Of a stretch of DNA of 64,000 nt, positions 39,468 through 49,080 are shown one piece after another. Source of the DNA: Candidatus Hermodarchaeum yapensis (lineage in GTDB: Archaea > Asgardarchaeota > Hermodarchaeia > Hermodarchaeales > Hermodarchaeaceae); contig JAEOSK010000003.1 in NCBI GenBank assembly GCA_016840405.1, positions 32,001 to 96,000 of the forward strand. The letters are read 5' to 3'. The notes under the pieces are model-generated. The model had not been told where the DNA came from and made no database searches. It saw only the letters and a program-made list of their open reading frames with translations. The translations under genes were made by a program, and so were the position numbers. Position 1 is the stretch's first letter. Each line of letters begins with the position of its first letter.

Positions 39468-39899
39468 TCAGGATTCGCCAAAACCCGCTACTTCAATGTC
39501 AAGCATCGAAGCAATATTCTCGATGAAATAAGAAACTGCAAATGGAAGAGCGTTGTATTCTTCCTGGAAGCCTTCAAAGCTGAGAGTAGTTATTCCCTCA
39601 TGACCAATTACACCCACACTTCCTTCGTCAGTAATGTAATACTTGACCTCAGCTAATTCTCCATTAGCTCCCAAAAGCGCACTATAGAGTTTGAGCTTAT
39701 CCACGTTCTTAAGAGCATCTTTCTCCACGATGGTTACGAAAAAGCGGATCCACTTATCACCCCTATCAACTACTAAGAAGAAACGGCGGTCTTTAATTGA
39801 ATAGGGGAGGATTATGCGATCTTCAGCGGGAATTACGCGGTAGGTTAAATTCATCTCTTTGAGATAACCTTCAATCTTTTCCATTGTTGATGTCATCAT
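39468..39899 (-). CDS. YbjN/T3SS-chaperone-like domain protein, paralog 1
   Basis: LYSALLGANGELAEVKYYITDEGSV and an alpha-beta3-alpha-beta2-alpha layout. Confidence 0.65.
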   Translation of the reverse strand: MMTSTMEKIEGYLKEMNLTYRVIPAEDRIILPYSIKDRRFFLVVDRGDKWIRFFVTIVEKDALKNVDKLKLYSALLGANGELAEVKYYITDEGSVGVIGHEGITTLSFEGFQEEYNALPFAVSYFIENIASMLDIEVAGFGES

Positions 39900-39956
39900 G
39901 CTTACCTCATTTGGTTCAAATCTATCATTGGGTTTCCTACATTAAACTATACTCAC

Positions 39957-40451
39957 TCACGTGTAGAATGAGAGTTCATCAGTGGATGGAAGTGTGAGAG
40001 AAATCTTGGTTTTCTTTGCAATGACCGTAGTGAAATAGACGATGCCGTAAGGGATAGCCCGAAATTCATCGCGAAAACCGTCAATGGTCAGAACCTTGAT
40101 TCCTTCATGACCGACGATTCCCACATCTCCTCGTTTTGTGATGAAGTACTTGATTTCAGCAAGATGACCATTGGCTTGTAAGAGCTCGAGATATAATTTC
40201 TCACGTTTTTTCTTACTTCGAATCTTATTATGAAGCATTAGTAATGTCCAAAACCGTACGAAGTTCCCTGATACATCGATTACCACATCAAATTGAAGAT
40301 TTTGTTCTGGGACCCTATAGGGAACCTTAATCCTGTTGATTTCTCCTTTAATAGGTTTAATCTCATAGGACAGATGCATAGACTTCAGATAGGTAATTAC
40401 AGTATCAAGGATTTCAGACATATCAGTTTCTCCATGACTTCCAGTATTCAA
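39957..40451 (-). CDS. YbjN/T3SS-chaperone-like domain protein, paralog 2
   Basis: LYLELLQANGHLAEIKYFITKRGDV; colinear with its neighbour. Confidence 0.65.
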   Translation of the reverse strand: MNTGSHGETDMSEILDTVITYLKSMHLSYEIKPIKGEINRIKVPYRVPEQNLQFDVVIDVSGNFVRFWTLLMLHNKIRSKKKREKLYLELLQANGHLAEIKYFITKRGDVGIVGHEGIKVLTIDGFRDEFRAIPYGIVYFTTVIAKKTKISLTLPSTDELSFYT

Positions 40452-40553
40452 TTGAAACCGACCAACTTAGAAAAAGCTATCTGCATCAGAAAAAATGGCT
40501 CTGAGAAAAAAAGGAAAGATGTGAGGTGCATTTGCACCTCACTGCTATCCATT

Positions 40554-41840
40554 TTATTCTGTTGTCTCGTATTCTTCGCCAGCTTCACCGCGCTTGACGA
40601 AGAACATTGCAATTAGGGCTAAGATTAGAAAAACGATTGAATAGGGCCAAAGAATAATCCATTTTGTTGTAAGTGTAAATCCGAAGAAGATTTCCAAAAG
40701 GTCTGCTAAAAGTCCGAAGACTATGGGACCGAGGGCTGCAGCAAGCTGACTGAAAATATAATAGATGCCCGTGTAGGTTCCCTGTTTTTTCCGACTGACT
40801 TCCCAGAGCATGACAATACTGTTGACATTTATAAATGCCCAGAAGAAGCCGCCTAGTCCAAGGATAGCCATTAGTGGAAGTTGCACTGTCACAAAGCTAG
40901 CAGCGGCCAAAGTTAAGATCAGTCCCACTAGACCAATCATGATTGTGCGTCGTCGACCGAACTTTAGGGCAATTAATCCGCCTGGTACTGCGAAGAGAAC
41001 GAAGATCAGAGCGAATAGAGTCATGGTAAATGAAGCGGTTCCTGGTGTCCAACTTAAAGTGAACACACCATATGAGGTGAACCAGGTTTCCAGTGTGTAA
41101 AACGCCACGAACCATGCGAAAATTGCAAAGAGAATGGCAAGAATTGAGCGATCACTTCGAGCTTCTTTGAAAGCCTCCCGAAGGGGTGATTCTACTTTTT
41201 CAATCTCTTGAGGAATTTCAGGTTCACGAATCAGGACTACAAGAATTGCTAGACAGATTAGCATTATCCCAGCTGTGACTCCGAACGCCAAAATCGGATT
41301 GATATCGTATAGAAATGACCCAGCCACAAAGGCTATGATTGATCCTATTCCTGCCATGAGGTTTATGATCCCATTGGCAGGACTTCGTTTTTCAGGGGGT
41401 GTAAAGTCGGGCATCATTGCTACAACTGGCGCTCGATAGATTGCCATAGCGATGTCAAAACCAAGGATTAGAATCACTAAGCCAGCCAGACCAAGAAATC
41501 CTGGTACAGCAGCCACGATTGGGAGTCCGATAAGGAATCCGGCAGCAAGAGGGATGCCTATGATAATATATGGCATTCGTCGACCAAAGCGGGTCCACGT
41601 TTTATCCGATTTTGAGCCCATGAGAGGATTCATGAATAGGGCAATGAAGTTATCGAGCCCCATGATGAATCCAGCAAGTGAAACGACGAAGAGAAATCCC
41701 GGAATCGTACTGAGAATTGACGCCTGAAGGAAGAGTGGTATATAGGAATTGAAGAGAGACCAAGAAATTCCAGTTGTGAAGAACCCGAGACCGATGAGAA
41801 GAATTGTTACCCAACTGAACTTGTACTTTTCCTCACTCAT
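40554..41840 (-). CDS. MFS transporter (GPH/SLC45-like sugar permease)
   Basis: 12 TM segments, SDKTWTRFGRRMPY, KFGRR. Confidence 0.92.
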   Translation of the reverse strand: MSEEKYKFSWVTILLIGLGFFTTGISWSLFNSYIPLFLQASILSTIPGFLFVVSLAGFIMGLDNFIALFMNPLMGSKSDKTWTRFGRRMPYIIIGIPLAAGFLIGLPIVAAVPGFLGLAGLVILILGFDIAMAIYRAPVVAMMPDFTPPEKRSPANGIINLMAGIGSIIAFVAGSFLYDINPILAFGVTAGIMLICLAILVVLIREPEIPQEIEKVESPLREAFKEARSDRSILAILFAIFAWFVAFYTLETWFTSYGVFTLSWTPGTASFTMTLFALIFVLFAVPGGLIALKFGRRRTIMIGLVGLILTLAAASFVTVQLPLMAILGLGGFFWAFINVNSIVMLWEVSRKKQGTYTGIYYIFSQLAAALGPIVFGLLADLLEIFFGFTLTTKWIILWPYSIVFLILALIAMFFVKRGEAGEEYETTE

Positions 41841-42116
41841 TTATTAATACACCTAACAATATACTGTGAAGACAGAGAATTAGTGTGCCCTTACCATCTG
41901 CTATCCACTTAAGTTTAAAGGTCATTAGAAAAGAGAACCAATCGTTTTTAGGGTCGTCGTTAGACTACCTATTAGCTTCGGTGTCCAAATACTGCTTCTG
42001 AACTAATCAGCTAAAGACTGATGTTGGGATGTTTTTTAATACACTCGATTAGAAAGATGGAGCTAGGCGTAAGAGGCTAGGATCTGAAATACGTGATTTA
42101 GGTTCAATGATAGCAA

Positions 42117-42302
42117 TTACTTCGTGAGGGGTATGGACCGCCCACAATTGCGACACCGAGCTTCCTTTTCTTTTGAAAGGAGCCAGTTGTAGTGCTTGCG
42201 TTTAAGGAGGTTGAGCTGTCCGCAGGCGGGACATGTGATGGGTTTTGAGGTTGAGCGCTGCACGGAAGACACCGCGCCGGACTCCAACAACGTTATCGGC
42301 AT
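42117..42302 (-). CDS. Small zinc-ribbon protein
   Basis: CPACG...CRNCG. ATG 42302 with GGGAAG RBS; TTTAAATA box upstream. Confidence 0.6.
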   Translation of the reverse strand: MPITLLESGAVSSVQRSTSKPITCPACGQLNLLKRKHYNWLLSKEKEARCRNCGRSIPLTK

Positions 42303-42359
42303 CACTTCCCTATTTGTTTCTCTCAAGCTAATCGGTCCAAAAAAGGTATTTAAACCCTT

Positions 42360-42395
42360 GGATTTAGGTATGGGGCGACTATATCCCCTAAATCC
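42360..42395. promoter_or_regulatory. Inverted repeat upstream of the zinc-ribbon gene TATA box
   Basis: GGATTTAGG-N18-CCTAAATCC, perfect 9-bp arms. Confidence 0.5.
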
Positions 42396-42617
42396 AGCAA
42401 AACAGGCATAATATGTTTATTTAACGAATTTTAGCGATTTAAGCCGAATTAAGGACGCGTTGGAGATTTAAGGAATTCTAAAAGCCCCATTTATAAAGCC
42501 AGTAATACCCGAAAGGGATTCTTACCTACTCAATCACTCCGAAAAACCGTCGAGCTCTTATAGGTTGTACACATGGAAACGGCTAGTAATTAACGAATTT
42601 TTTCAGGAGTTACGCGA

Positions 42618-43028
42618 ATGCCTCCCAACGATGAAGAGCTAATAACGCGAGCACGCAACGCCCAAAAAAATGCTTACGCCCCATTCTCCCAATTCAAAGT
42701 TGGAGCTGCTCTGCTCACAGATAACGGGAAGATCTATTCTGGATGTAACGTGGAGAACTCAACCTATGGTGCGACCAATTGTGCTGAACGGACTGCAATA
42801 TTTACGGCTGTTTGTGATGGAGCACGCAACTTTCAGAAGATCGTTGTTGTGACCGACCGTGAGGATCCCGTGATGCCATGTGGTATCTGCCGGAACGTAT
42901 TGTTTGAATTTTCTCCCAAAATGGAAATCATTGCTGTTGGCGCATCAGGGAATACTGAACGGATTCAGCTGTCGGCACTCTTTCCGAAGGGTTTTCGTTT
43001 AGAGAAGAAGCAGGAAAAAGAAGTTTAG
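42618..43028 (+). CDS. cdd: Cytidine deaminase (tetrameric type)
   Basis: AYAPFSQFKVGAA, GCNVEN, CAERTA, PCGICR. Confidence 0.96.
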   Translation: MPPNDEELITRARNAQKNAYAPFSQFKVGAALLTDNGKIYSGCNVENSTYGATNCAERTAIFTAVCDGARNFQKIVVVTDREDPVMPCGICRNVLFEFSPKMEIIAVGASGNTERIQLSALFPKGFRLEKKQEKEV

Positions 43029-43065
43029 AAAGTTGTACTCCGTTCATTGTGTTGAAATGTAGAGA

Positions 43066-43425
43066 TTAGGCATTTCGAGTCATGATGACGCGAATATACT
43101 TGAAGACGAGAACAAGAAGCTCATAATCAAGAAGTGGGCCAAAGGCGATGCGTTGATTGTCGTTGGCTTCAGCGTAGAGGAAGACGTTGACGTTCTTTTT
43201 TACAATGACACTTGCTTGGTTGGATTCAGCATAGACATCCATCCCTTGGAAAAACTGCTTCACGAATTCGATGTCGAGAGGGCGACTGATTTGGATGTTA
43301 GCGTAGCCGGATTCAGTGCAGTGGATTTTCATTTTACCAAGAAAAAGGGCATCATCGGTGACGGAGGGTTCGGCCTCTTGGAGGAGTGACAGGAGAGTCT
43401 GTTTGACTAAATCTTTCCTCGCCAT
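43066..43425 (-). CDS. Hypothetical protein
   Basis: 119 aa, ATG with GGCGGGA RBS, fills the gap between genes. Confidence 0.6.
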   Translation of the reverse strand: MARKDLVKQTLLSLLQEAEPSVTDDALFLGKMKIHCTESGYANIQISRPLDIEFVKQFFQGMDVYAESNQASVIVKKNVNVFLYAEANDNQRIAFGPLLDYELLVLVFKYIRVIMTRNA

Positions 43426-43603
43426 GTTCCGATCCCGCCTTCTTGTTTTAGGTTGTCCACACCTCGTGGTGTCATTCTATGCCTGTACGTGCGTCCAATT
43501 AAGTTTTCTTATGATGCATCAGTCGGGTTTTAATATAATAGAATTATGCAGGAGGGAAGCTAGTACATTCTGTATTTAAGTCTTGAATTTTGGGTGACAA
43601 ATC

Positions 43604-43945
43604 GTGATTACTGGTCGATATGATGAGCGTCCGGAAGAACCAGTGACAATGTATGGATCGACGGGTACAACCATTCGGTGGCTCATCAACAAAGAGAATG
43701 GTGCTCAAACCTTTGCGATGCGTCGGTTTGTGATTCAACCAGGTGGAGAAATTCCATTACATGGACATGAAGCGGATCATGAGATTTACATTCTCTCAGG
43801 TGAAGGTATCGCTTTTACAGAAAACCAAGAAGTTGTTGTCAAAGAAGATATGTTTGTGTATATTCCGTCGAATGAACCGCATGGTTATCGCAACTCGAGT
43901 GATTTACCATTCGTGTTTCTGTGTGTCATTCCGATTCTTGATTAA
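43604..43945 (+). CDS. Cupin domain protein
   Basis: PGGEIPLHGHEADHEIYILSG, YIPSNEPHG. Confidence 0.92.
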   Translation: MITGRYDERPEEPVTMYGSTGTTIRWLINKENGAQTFAMRRFVIQPGGEIPLHGHEADHEIYILSGEGIAFTENQEVVVKEDMFVYIPSNEPHGYRNSSDLPFVFLCVIPILD

Positions 43946-43947
43946 GG

Positions 43948-44808
43948 CTAGGCTAGTTTTCGACGAAGGCGTACTCCGGTGGGAGTATTAGCGAGCCCTC
44001 CAAGGCTGGTTTCACGAAGACTCTCAGGAAGGGCCTCTCCCACTTCACGCATTGCACCAATAACTTCGTCAACGGGAATTCGGCTCTTTATGCCAGTAAG
44101 TGCTAGGTCAGCCCCGAGGAGAGCCTGCATTAGAGCACCGCCGTTCCGTAAAACACACGGGACCTCCACTAATCCGGCGACAGGATCGCAGACTAATCCT
44201 AACATGTTACTCAGTGTTAGCGCTACTGCATGACCTACCATGGTGGGACTTCCTCCTGCTAATTCAGTGAGAGCCCCTGCAGCCATAGCAGCAGCTACTC
44301 CACATTCGGCTTGACATCCCCCTTCGGCACCAGAAATGGATGCGTTGAGTGAACACACGATTCCGATTCCTGCAGCAGTAAAGAGAGCTTTAATGATAGC
44401 AGCTTCGTCGAGTTCAAGTTTCTCTTTTGCTAACAGTAACGCAGCAGGTACGATGCCACAGCTTCCTGCGGTGGGGCAAGCGACGATACGCCCCATAGAG
44501 GCATTCACTTCAGCTACTCCCAAAGCCCTAGCCACAGCGTTACTTACTTCAGAACTCAGAAATTTTGGTTCACGAGAAAAGAGAAGTTTGGCATCGCCAC
44601 CGCTCAATCCACTAACTGAGCGAATATCCTCTGTAATGCCCCGTTCGAGGGCTAGTTTCATGACCTCCCAAGAAATGACCATTTGCCCACGAATTGTGCT
44701 TGGAGATTCGTCTTCCTGCTCAGCTTCGACAGCTAACACAATATCGCCAATGCACTTTTTCTGACGTCCTGCAAGCCTAATGAGCTGTTTCATTGAATCA
44801 TAATACAC
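43948..44808 (-). CDS. sdaAA: Fe-S L-serine dehydratase alpha subunit
   Basis: PTAGSCG, SGAEGGCQAE, LGLVCDPVAGLVEVPC, RETSLGGLA. Confidence 0.95.
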   Translation of the reverse strand: MYYDSMKQLIRLAGRQKKCIGDIVLAVEAEQEDESPSTIRGQMVISWEVMKLALERGITEDIRSVSGLSGGDAKLLFSREPKFLSSEVSNAVARALGVAEVNASMGRIVACPTAGSCGIVPAALLLAKEKLELDEAAIIKALFTAAGIGIVCSLNASISGAEGGCQAECGVAAAMAAGALTELAGGSPTMVGHAVALTLSNMLGLVCDPVAGLVEVPCVLRNGGALMQALLGADLALTGIKSRIPVDEVIGAMREVGEALPESLRETSLGGLANTPTGVRLRRKLA

Positions 44809-44819
44809 AGCAAATCACC

Positions 44820-45500
44820 TCAGTATATTGGAGGAATAATTCGCACAATCTGTGCCTGATCCTCCAATTCGCTGATAACACTAGGGGGGAGTGGTTGATC
44901 CATCTCCACTGCCATTGCCGCTAAACCACCTCTTCGTTGGCGACTTACATGCATGGTAGAGATGTTAACTTTGCTTTGGGCAATAAGCGATGACGCTTTA
45001 GCGACAATTCCCGGTCGATCATTATGGATAGTAATGAGGGTATGATATTCACCAGACAAGTAGATGGGAAGCCCATTGATTTCGATGATACTGATATTTC
45101 CTCCACCCACAGAGACCGCCGTGATTTCAAAATGCGTACCACTAGTTCCCGCTATGAGAAGGCGAAGAGTATTCGGATGGTAATCTTCACCCAAGTCGAC
45201 ATTCTGGAATTTGACCTTCATTCCTTGCTCCTTTGCAATTGCTAACGATTTCTTGATTCGTTCATCAGCAGCATCGTATCCTAAGAGTCCTGCAATAATT
45301 GCTTTGTCTGTTCCGTGTCCTTTGCCTGTGAGGGCATAGGACCCATGAAGTTGAATGATGGCTTCGACAACGGGTTCACCCATGACTGCTAAACTAATCT
45401 GTCCAATCCGTACAGCAGCCGCCGTGTGAGAACTGGAGGGACCTATCATAATTGGTCCAATGACTTCAAAGACGCTGTCAGCTTTGCCCATTTCATCCAC
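44820..45500 (-). CDS. sdaAB: Fe-S L-serine dehydratase beta subunit with ACT domain
   Basis: GPIMIGPSSSHTA, TGKGHGTD, HPNT, SVGGG, HNDRPG. Confidence 0.95.
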   Translation of the reverse strand: MDEMGKADSVFEVIGPIMIGPSSSHTAAAVRIGQISLAVMGEPVVEAIIQLHGSYALTGKGHGTDKAIIAGLLGYDAADERIKKSLAIAKEQGMKVKFQNVDLGEDYHPNTLRLLIAGTSGTHFEITAVSVGGGNISIIEINGLPIYLSGEYHTLITIHNDRPGIVAKASSLIAQSKVNISTMHVSRQRRGGLAAMAVEMDQPLPPSVISELEDQAQIVRIIPPIY

Positions 45501-45597
45501 CTGTTTATGCTGGGTTTAGTTTCTTCTTAAACGATTCGTAGGACAAATGAAATATTACACAATCTGCAGGAAGTAGCGGAGAATTGTCTGTATAGTT

Positions 45598-46425
45598 TCA
45601 TATTAGCTGTGGGAGTGGCATTATGAAGAGAAAGTACCAAAGGGAAAAGACTGTGACGAAAATACTTGTTATTGCGATCCCCCAATCTTTTGCGGTAAAT
45701 TTTGGATAGGAAAGAAAGGTTCGGGTTTTAGCAAAACCAAAACCACGCCCGTCCATTGCTAGAGTAAGTGCATCAACACGTCCTAGAGCTGAGAAAATTA
45801 AGGGGATGAAAGTGTAGCGGATACGACGCATGAAACTACGGATGATACCGCGGTCGATAGGAATACCTCGGGCCCGTTGAGCCGCTTGAACTGTATTGGA
45901 TTCGTCATCAAAGAGAGGTACTAATCGAAGAGCAAGGACGAGAGTGTAGCCATACCTGTAAGGGATACGGAGTTGTGTGAGGGAGGCGGCAAATCGGCTA
46001 GGATCTGTTGTGGCAACAAACAGGGCACTAACCAAGACTATGTTGATGAGCCGGAAGACAAGATTAAGGGCGTTAGTTATTCCCATGGTTGTGATGGGGA
46101 GGAAAGGACCGAATCCTGGTGCAAGAGTTGGAATGAGATAGAAGAGAATAGATCCATAAGGTGTGAATAAAATTTGGACTACTGCTATTAGTATGATGAA
46201 TGCGAGGAGGCGAAGCAGTCGTCCAAGGGCATAGCGTAATCGAATTCCAGCTCCGTAAAATCCAAGTAAGATGAAGCAGAAGATAGCAATTGCCGTGAGT
46301 ACGGAAACCAGCGTGACGGTGAGAATTGCTACAAGAATCAGGACCAGGAACTTGGTAAGTGGATTAAGCCGATGAACAAAGGAATCACGTTGAAGGTATC
46401 CAAAAGAAGAGGTTCGAGTTTTCAT
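45598..46425 (-). CDS. ecfT: ECF transporter transmembrane T component
   Basis: SFVHRLNPLTK, AQRARG, AMDGRGF. Confidence 0.93.
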   Translation of the reverse strand: MKTRTSSFGYLQRDSFVHRLNPLTKFLVLILVAILTVTLVSVLTAIAIFCFILLGFYGAGIRLRYALGRLLRLLAFIILIAVVQILFTPYGSILFYLIPTLAPGFGPFLPITTMGITNALNLVFRLINIVLVSALFVATTDPSRFAASLTQLRIPYRYGYTLVLALRLVPLFDDESNTVQAAQRARGIPIDRGIIRSFMRRIRYTFIPLIFSALGRVDALTLAMDGRGFGFAKTRTFLSYPKFTAKDWGIAITSIFVTVFSLWYFLFIMPLPQLI

Positions 46426-48047
46426 CCGACTTGTTCCACCTCCAATTTATTCAATTCTAAACGGTAGGCAGAATCCCCGAGATTTTTCATGTAATCGAGC
46501 CCTTGCTGGACTGGAGCATCAATGAGAAGTTGCCCAGCATAGAGGAATAGCAGCCGATGACAATAGCTCTTAACAATTGATGCATCATGGGTAGCAAGTA
46601 AAATTGCGGCACCGTTCTCTGCAGCCTGTTGTTGAAGACGCATTATTTGGTGGACATTTCGGTAGTCTTGACCGATGAAAGGTTCATCAAGAAGGAGTAA
46701 TTGGGGATGATGAAGGAGGATTGACGCAATAGTGAGGCGTCGTTGTTCACCCAGGCTCAAAGAAAACGGCGATTGGTCGCGATAGTTGGATAAGCCCAAG
46801 ACCTCTAGTAATTCTTCTGCTCGATCACGGGCCACGTTCGGTTCAGGGATTTTCAAATGCTCTGACGCTAAAAGGACCTCCTCCCATACAGTTTGGGTAA
46901 AAAGCTGATGAAGGGGATTCTGAAATATTATGCCCACTTTTTGGGCTAGCTTGGACACAGGTTGTTTTAGGAGATTCTCTCCATTTAGTTGAATGAATCC
47001 CGTATCTGGGTGTAAGAGTCCCATTAGGTGGAGAAGAAGGGTGGATTTGCCCGATCCATTGGCACCCATAATTGCAATAATCTCTCCAGGTTGGACAGAA
47101 AAGGTGACATCCTTGAGCGCTGGCAAAGACGGAGCGAATTCTTCCACTCGAGGATATGAGTAAGTTAAGTTGAAAACGTCAAGTAAGGTTGATTTGGGGG
47201 CAACAGACATGCTCTGTGGTTCTGGTTGTGTAAGAACTGAAGGGTGGAGTACGACTCCCAAGCCCGTTAAGGTTTGGGGAGTTTTTTGGAGTTGATCAGG
47301 AGTACCATCAAAGTGGATTTGCCCTTCATTCAAGAGGATAATACGTGAAGCTACTGTGAGAAACGGTTGAATTCGATGCTCAACAACGAGAATAGTAATC
47401 CCACTTCTGTTGAGCTGATGTAAGGTGTTGACGACTCCTAGTGTTGTGGGTGGGTCGAGCCGCGCTGTAGGTTCGTCAAAAATTAGAATGGGTGCCCGAA
47501 TTGCGAGAAAAGAGGAGATAACAACCTTTTGTTTTTCGCCTCCTGAGAGTGAGTGAGTGCTACGTGAACGAAGATTGCTAGCCGTAATGGTGTTTAGCGC
47601 CCATTCAAGTTGAGTCCTAATTTCGTCAGGAGGGACTTGGAAGTTTTCTGGACCAAATGCGACTTCGTTAAGAACTTTCAATGTTACTAGTTGACTATCC
47701 GGGTCTTGTTGGATGAGACTCACATTTCGGGCAATATCTCGAACGGAGAGGGTTCGAGTATCTTGATCATTGATTTTCACTGAGCCTTGAAATGTGCCGT
47801 TATACTCGTGTGGTATAAATCCTGCAACGGAACGTGCAAAGGTGCTTTTCCCGCTCCCACTGGGTCCAGCGATAACTATGAATTCGCCTGGTTGTATCTT
47901 TAGTTGAATATCGGTTAGTGCAGCTTTCTTGGATCCCTCGTATGTATATTCTAGGTTGTTGATTTCCAATGCCGGAGGTCTACCACGCAGTGTTGTTTGA
48001 CTAGGTGATGACAAGGCTGACGACCTTCTGGACCCAATATGAGCCAT
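46422..48047 (-). CDS. ECF transporter fused double ATPase (A-A')
   Basis: GPSGSGKST / LSGGEKQK and GANGSGKST / LSLGEQRR. The true start is probably just after 48001. Confidence 0.93.
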   Translation of the reverse strand: MAHIGSRRSSALSSPSQTTLRGRPPALEINNLEYTYEGSKKAALTDIQLKIQPGEFIVIAGPSGSGKSTFARSVAGFIPHEYNGTFQGSVKINDQDTRTLSVRDIARNVSLIQQDPDSQLVTLKVLNEVAFGPENFQVPPDEIRTQLEWALNTITASNLRSRSTHSLSGGEKQKVVISSFLAIRAPILIFDEPTARLDPPTTLGVVNTLHQLNRSGITILVVEHRIQPFLTVASRIILLNEGQIHFDGTPDQLQKTPQTLTGLGVVLHPSVLTQPEPQSMSVAPKSTLLDVFNLTYSYPRVEEFAPSLPALKDVTFSVQPGEIIAIMGANGSGKSTLLLHLMGLLHPDTGFIQLNGENLLKQPVSKLAQKVGIIFQNPLHQLFTQTVWEEVLLASEHLKIPEPNVARDRAEELLEVLGLSNYRDQSPFSLSLGEQRRLTIASILLHHPQLLLLDEPFIGQDYRNVHQIMRLQQQAAENGAAILLATHDASIVKSYCHRLLFLYAGQLLIDAPVQQGLDYMKNLGDSAYRLELNKLEVEQVG

Positions 48048-49059
48048 GGTAGTTTTTCGCCACTAGCCGTAACCCATTATCAACAATGAGAATAATCTCA
48101 GAATCATCGAGTACTTCATCAATGGAGAAGGGAGCACTAAAGCCATCTGAAGATAAAACTTGGAGAGTTTCGGCAAAAGTCAGGGGTTGAGCTTCTGCTA
48201 AGATGACAGAAAGAGGGATTCCAGTGTAATTTTGTGGTGGAACATATGTGACAGATCCAATGAGTTCTGCTTCGATAGTAATTTCATGTTCAGTAAACGC
48301 AATGTAGGAAAAGCGATATGGTTGGCTAACTTGCCCTACAACTTCACAACTTAATGGATCAATCACTGGTCGCCAGACAAAGACTGCATAAAGACTCGTC
48401 CCAAACGCTATTGTGATGAGAAAAACGATGGCGGAAAGCTTGTATGGACCTAGTCTTTTCCATGGCGACAAGGATTTGCTTCGTGATGTTGCTCCATTGG
48501 GTAAGCTTCGAAGGATATTAGAGGTGATAACTAAACTGGTCGTGGCGTGACCAAAGTAGCCGGCGAAGATAATACCTGAACAAAAGGCAAGGATCACGAG
48601 AAGCATTATGAAGAGCCCAGGAGTACCTGAGAAGAAGAGGAGTTGGAAAACGAGAACGTTAGATGCGGCAGCAAAACCTCCTACTATGCTGTAAACAGGG
48701 AGCGAATCTCGATGACGGAATGCACTTAGTCCAATATCGACGATGATGCCTTGGATTAGGCTGACAAAGACGATTACAAGACCATGAGTGCTTCCCGTGA
48801 AAAATTCTACAAAGCCTTTGAGGAACCCTGTTGCGGTGGCAGCTCCAGGTTTGCGGGTGATACCGGTTGCGAGAATAATCCAGAAGACGTGTAATCCACT
48901 TAGGAATTGTCCAGCTCCAAATGGTGTGCCGATTGCAGAATTAAGGAGCAAGCCTAGGTACCCGACGAATGTACTGAGTACTCCACCCAAGGCGCTTAGC
49001 ACCGCGATTGTGGCAAGATTCCGGGTGCTGAAATAGTACGAGGGATCGGAGCTATTCAT
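48001..49059 (-). CDS. ECF S component fused to an extracellular molybdopterin-binding-fold domain
   Basis: N-terminal 6-TM S component (FSTRNL..IAVLSAL, RKPGAA), an extra TM, then YTGIPLS.IL...SSDGF...LRLV...WVQKV. Confidence 0.8.
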   Translation of the reverse strand: MNSSDPSYYFSTRNLATIAVLSALGGVLSTFVGYLGLLLNSAIGTPFGAGQFLSGLHVFWIILATGITRKPGAATATGFLKGFVEFFTGSTHGLVIVFVSLIQGIIVDIGLSAFRHRDSLPVYSIVGGFAAASNVLVFQLLFFSGTPGLFIMLLVILAFCSGIIFAGYFGHATTSLVITSNILRSLPNGATSRSKSLSPWKRLGPYKLSAIVFLITIAFGTSLYAVFVWRPVIDPLSCEVVGQVSQPYRFSYIAFTEHEITIEAELIGSVTYVPPQNYTGIPLSVILAEAQPLTFAETLQVLSSDGFSAPFSIDEVLDDSEIILIVDNGLRLVAKNYHGSYWVQKVVSLVIT

Positions 49060-49080
49060 TTCGTCACCTTGAATAATTTG

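Noticed and set aside
42396-42610. Replication origin
   Set aside because: No convincing ORB repeats and no cdc6/orc1 gene nearby.
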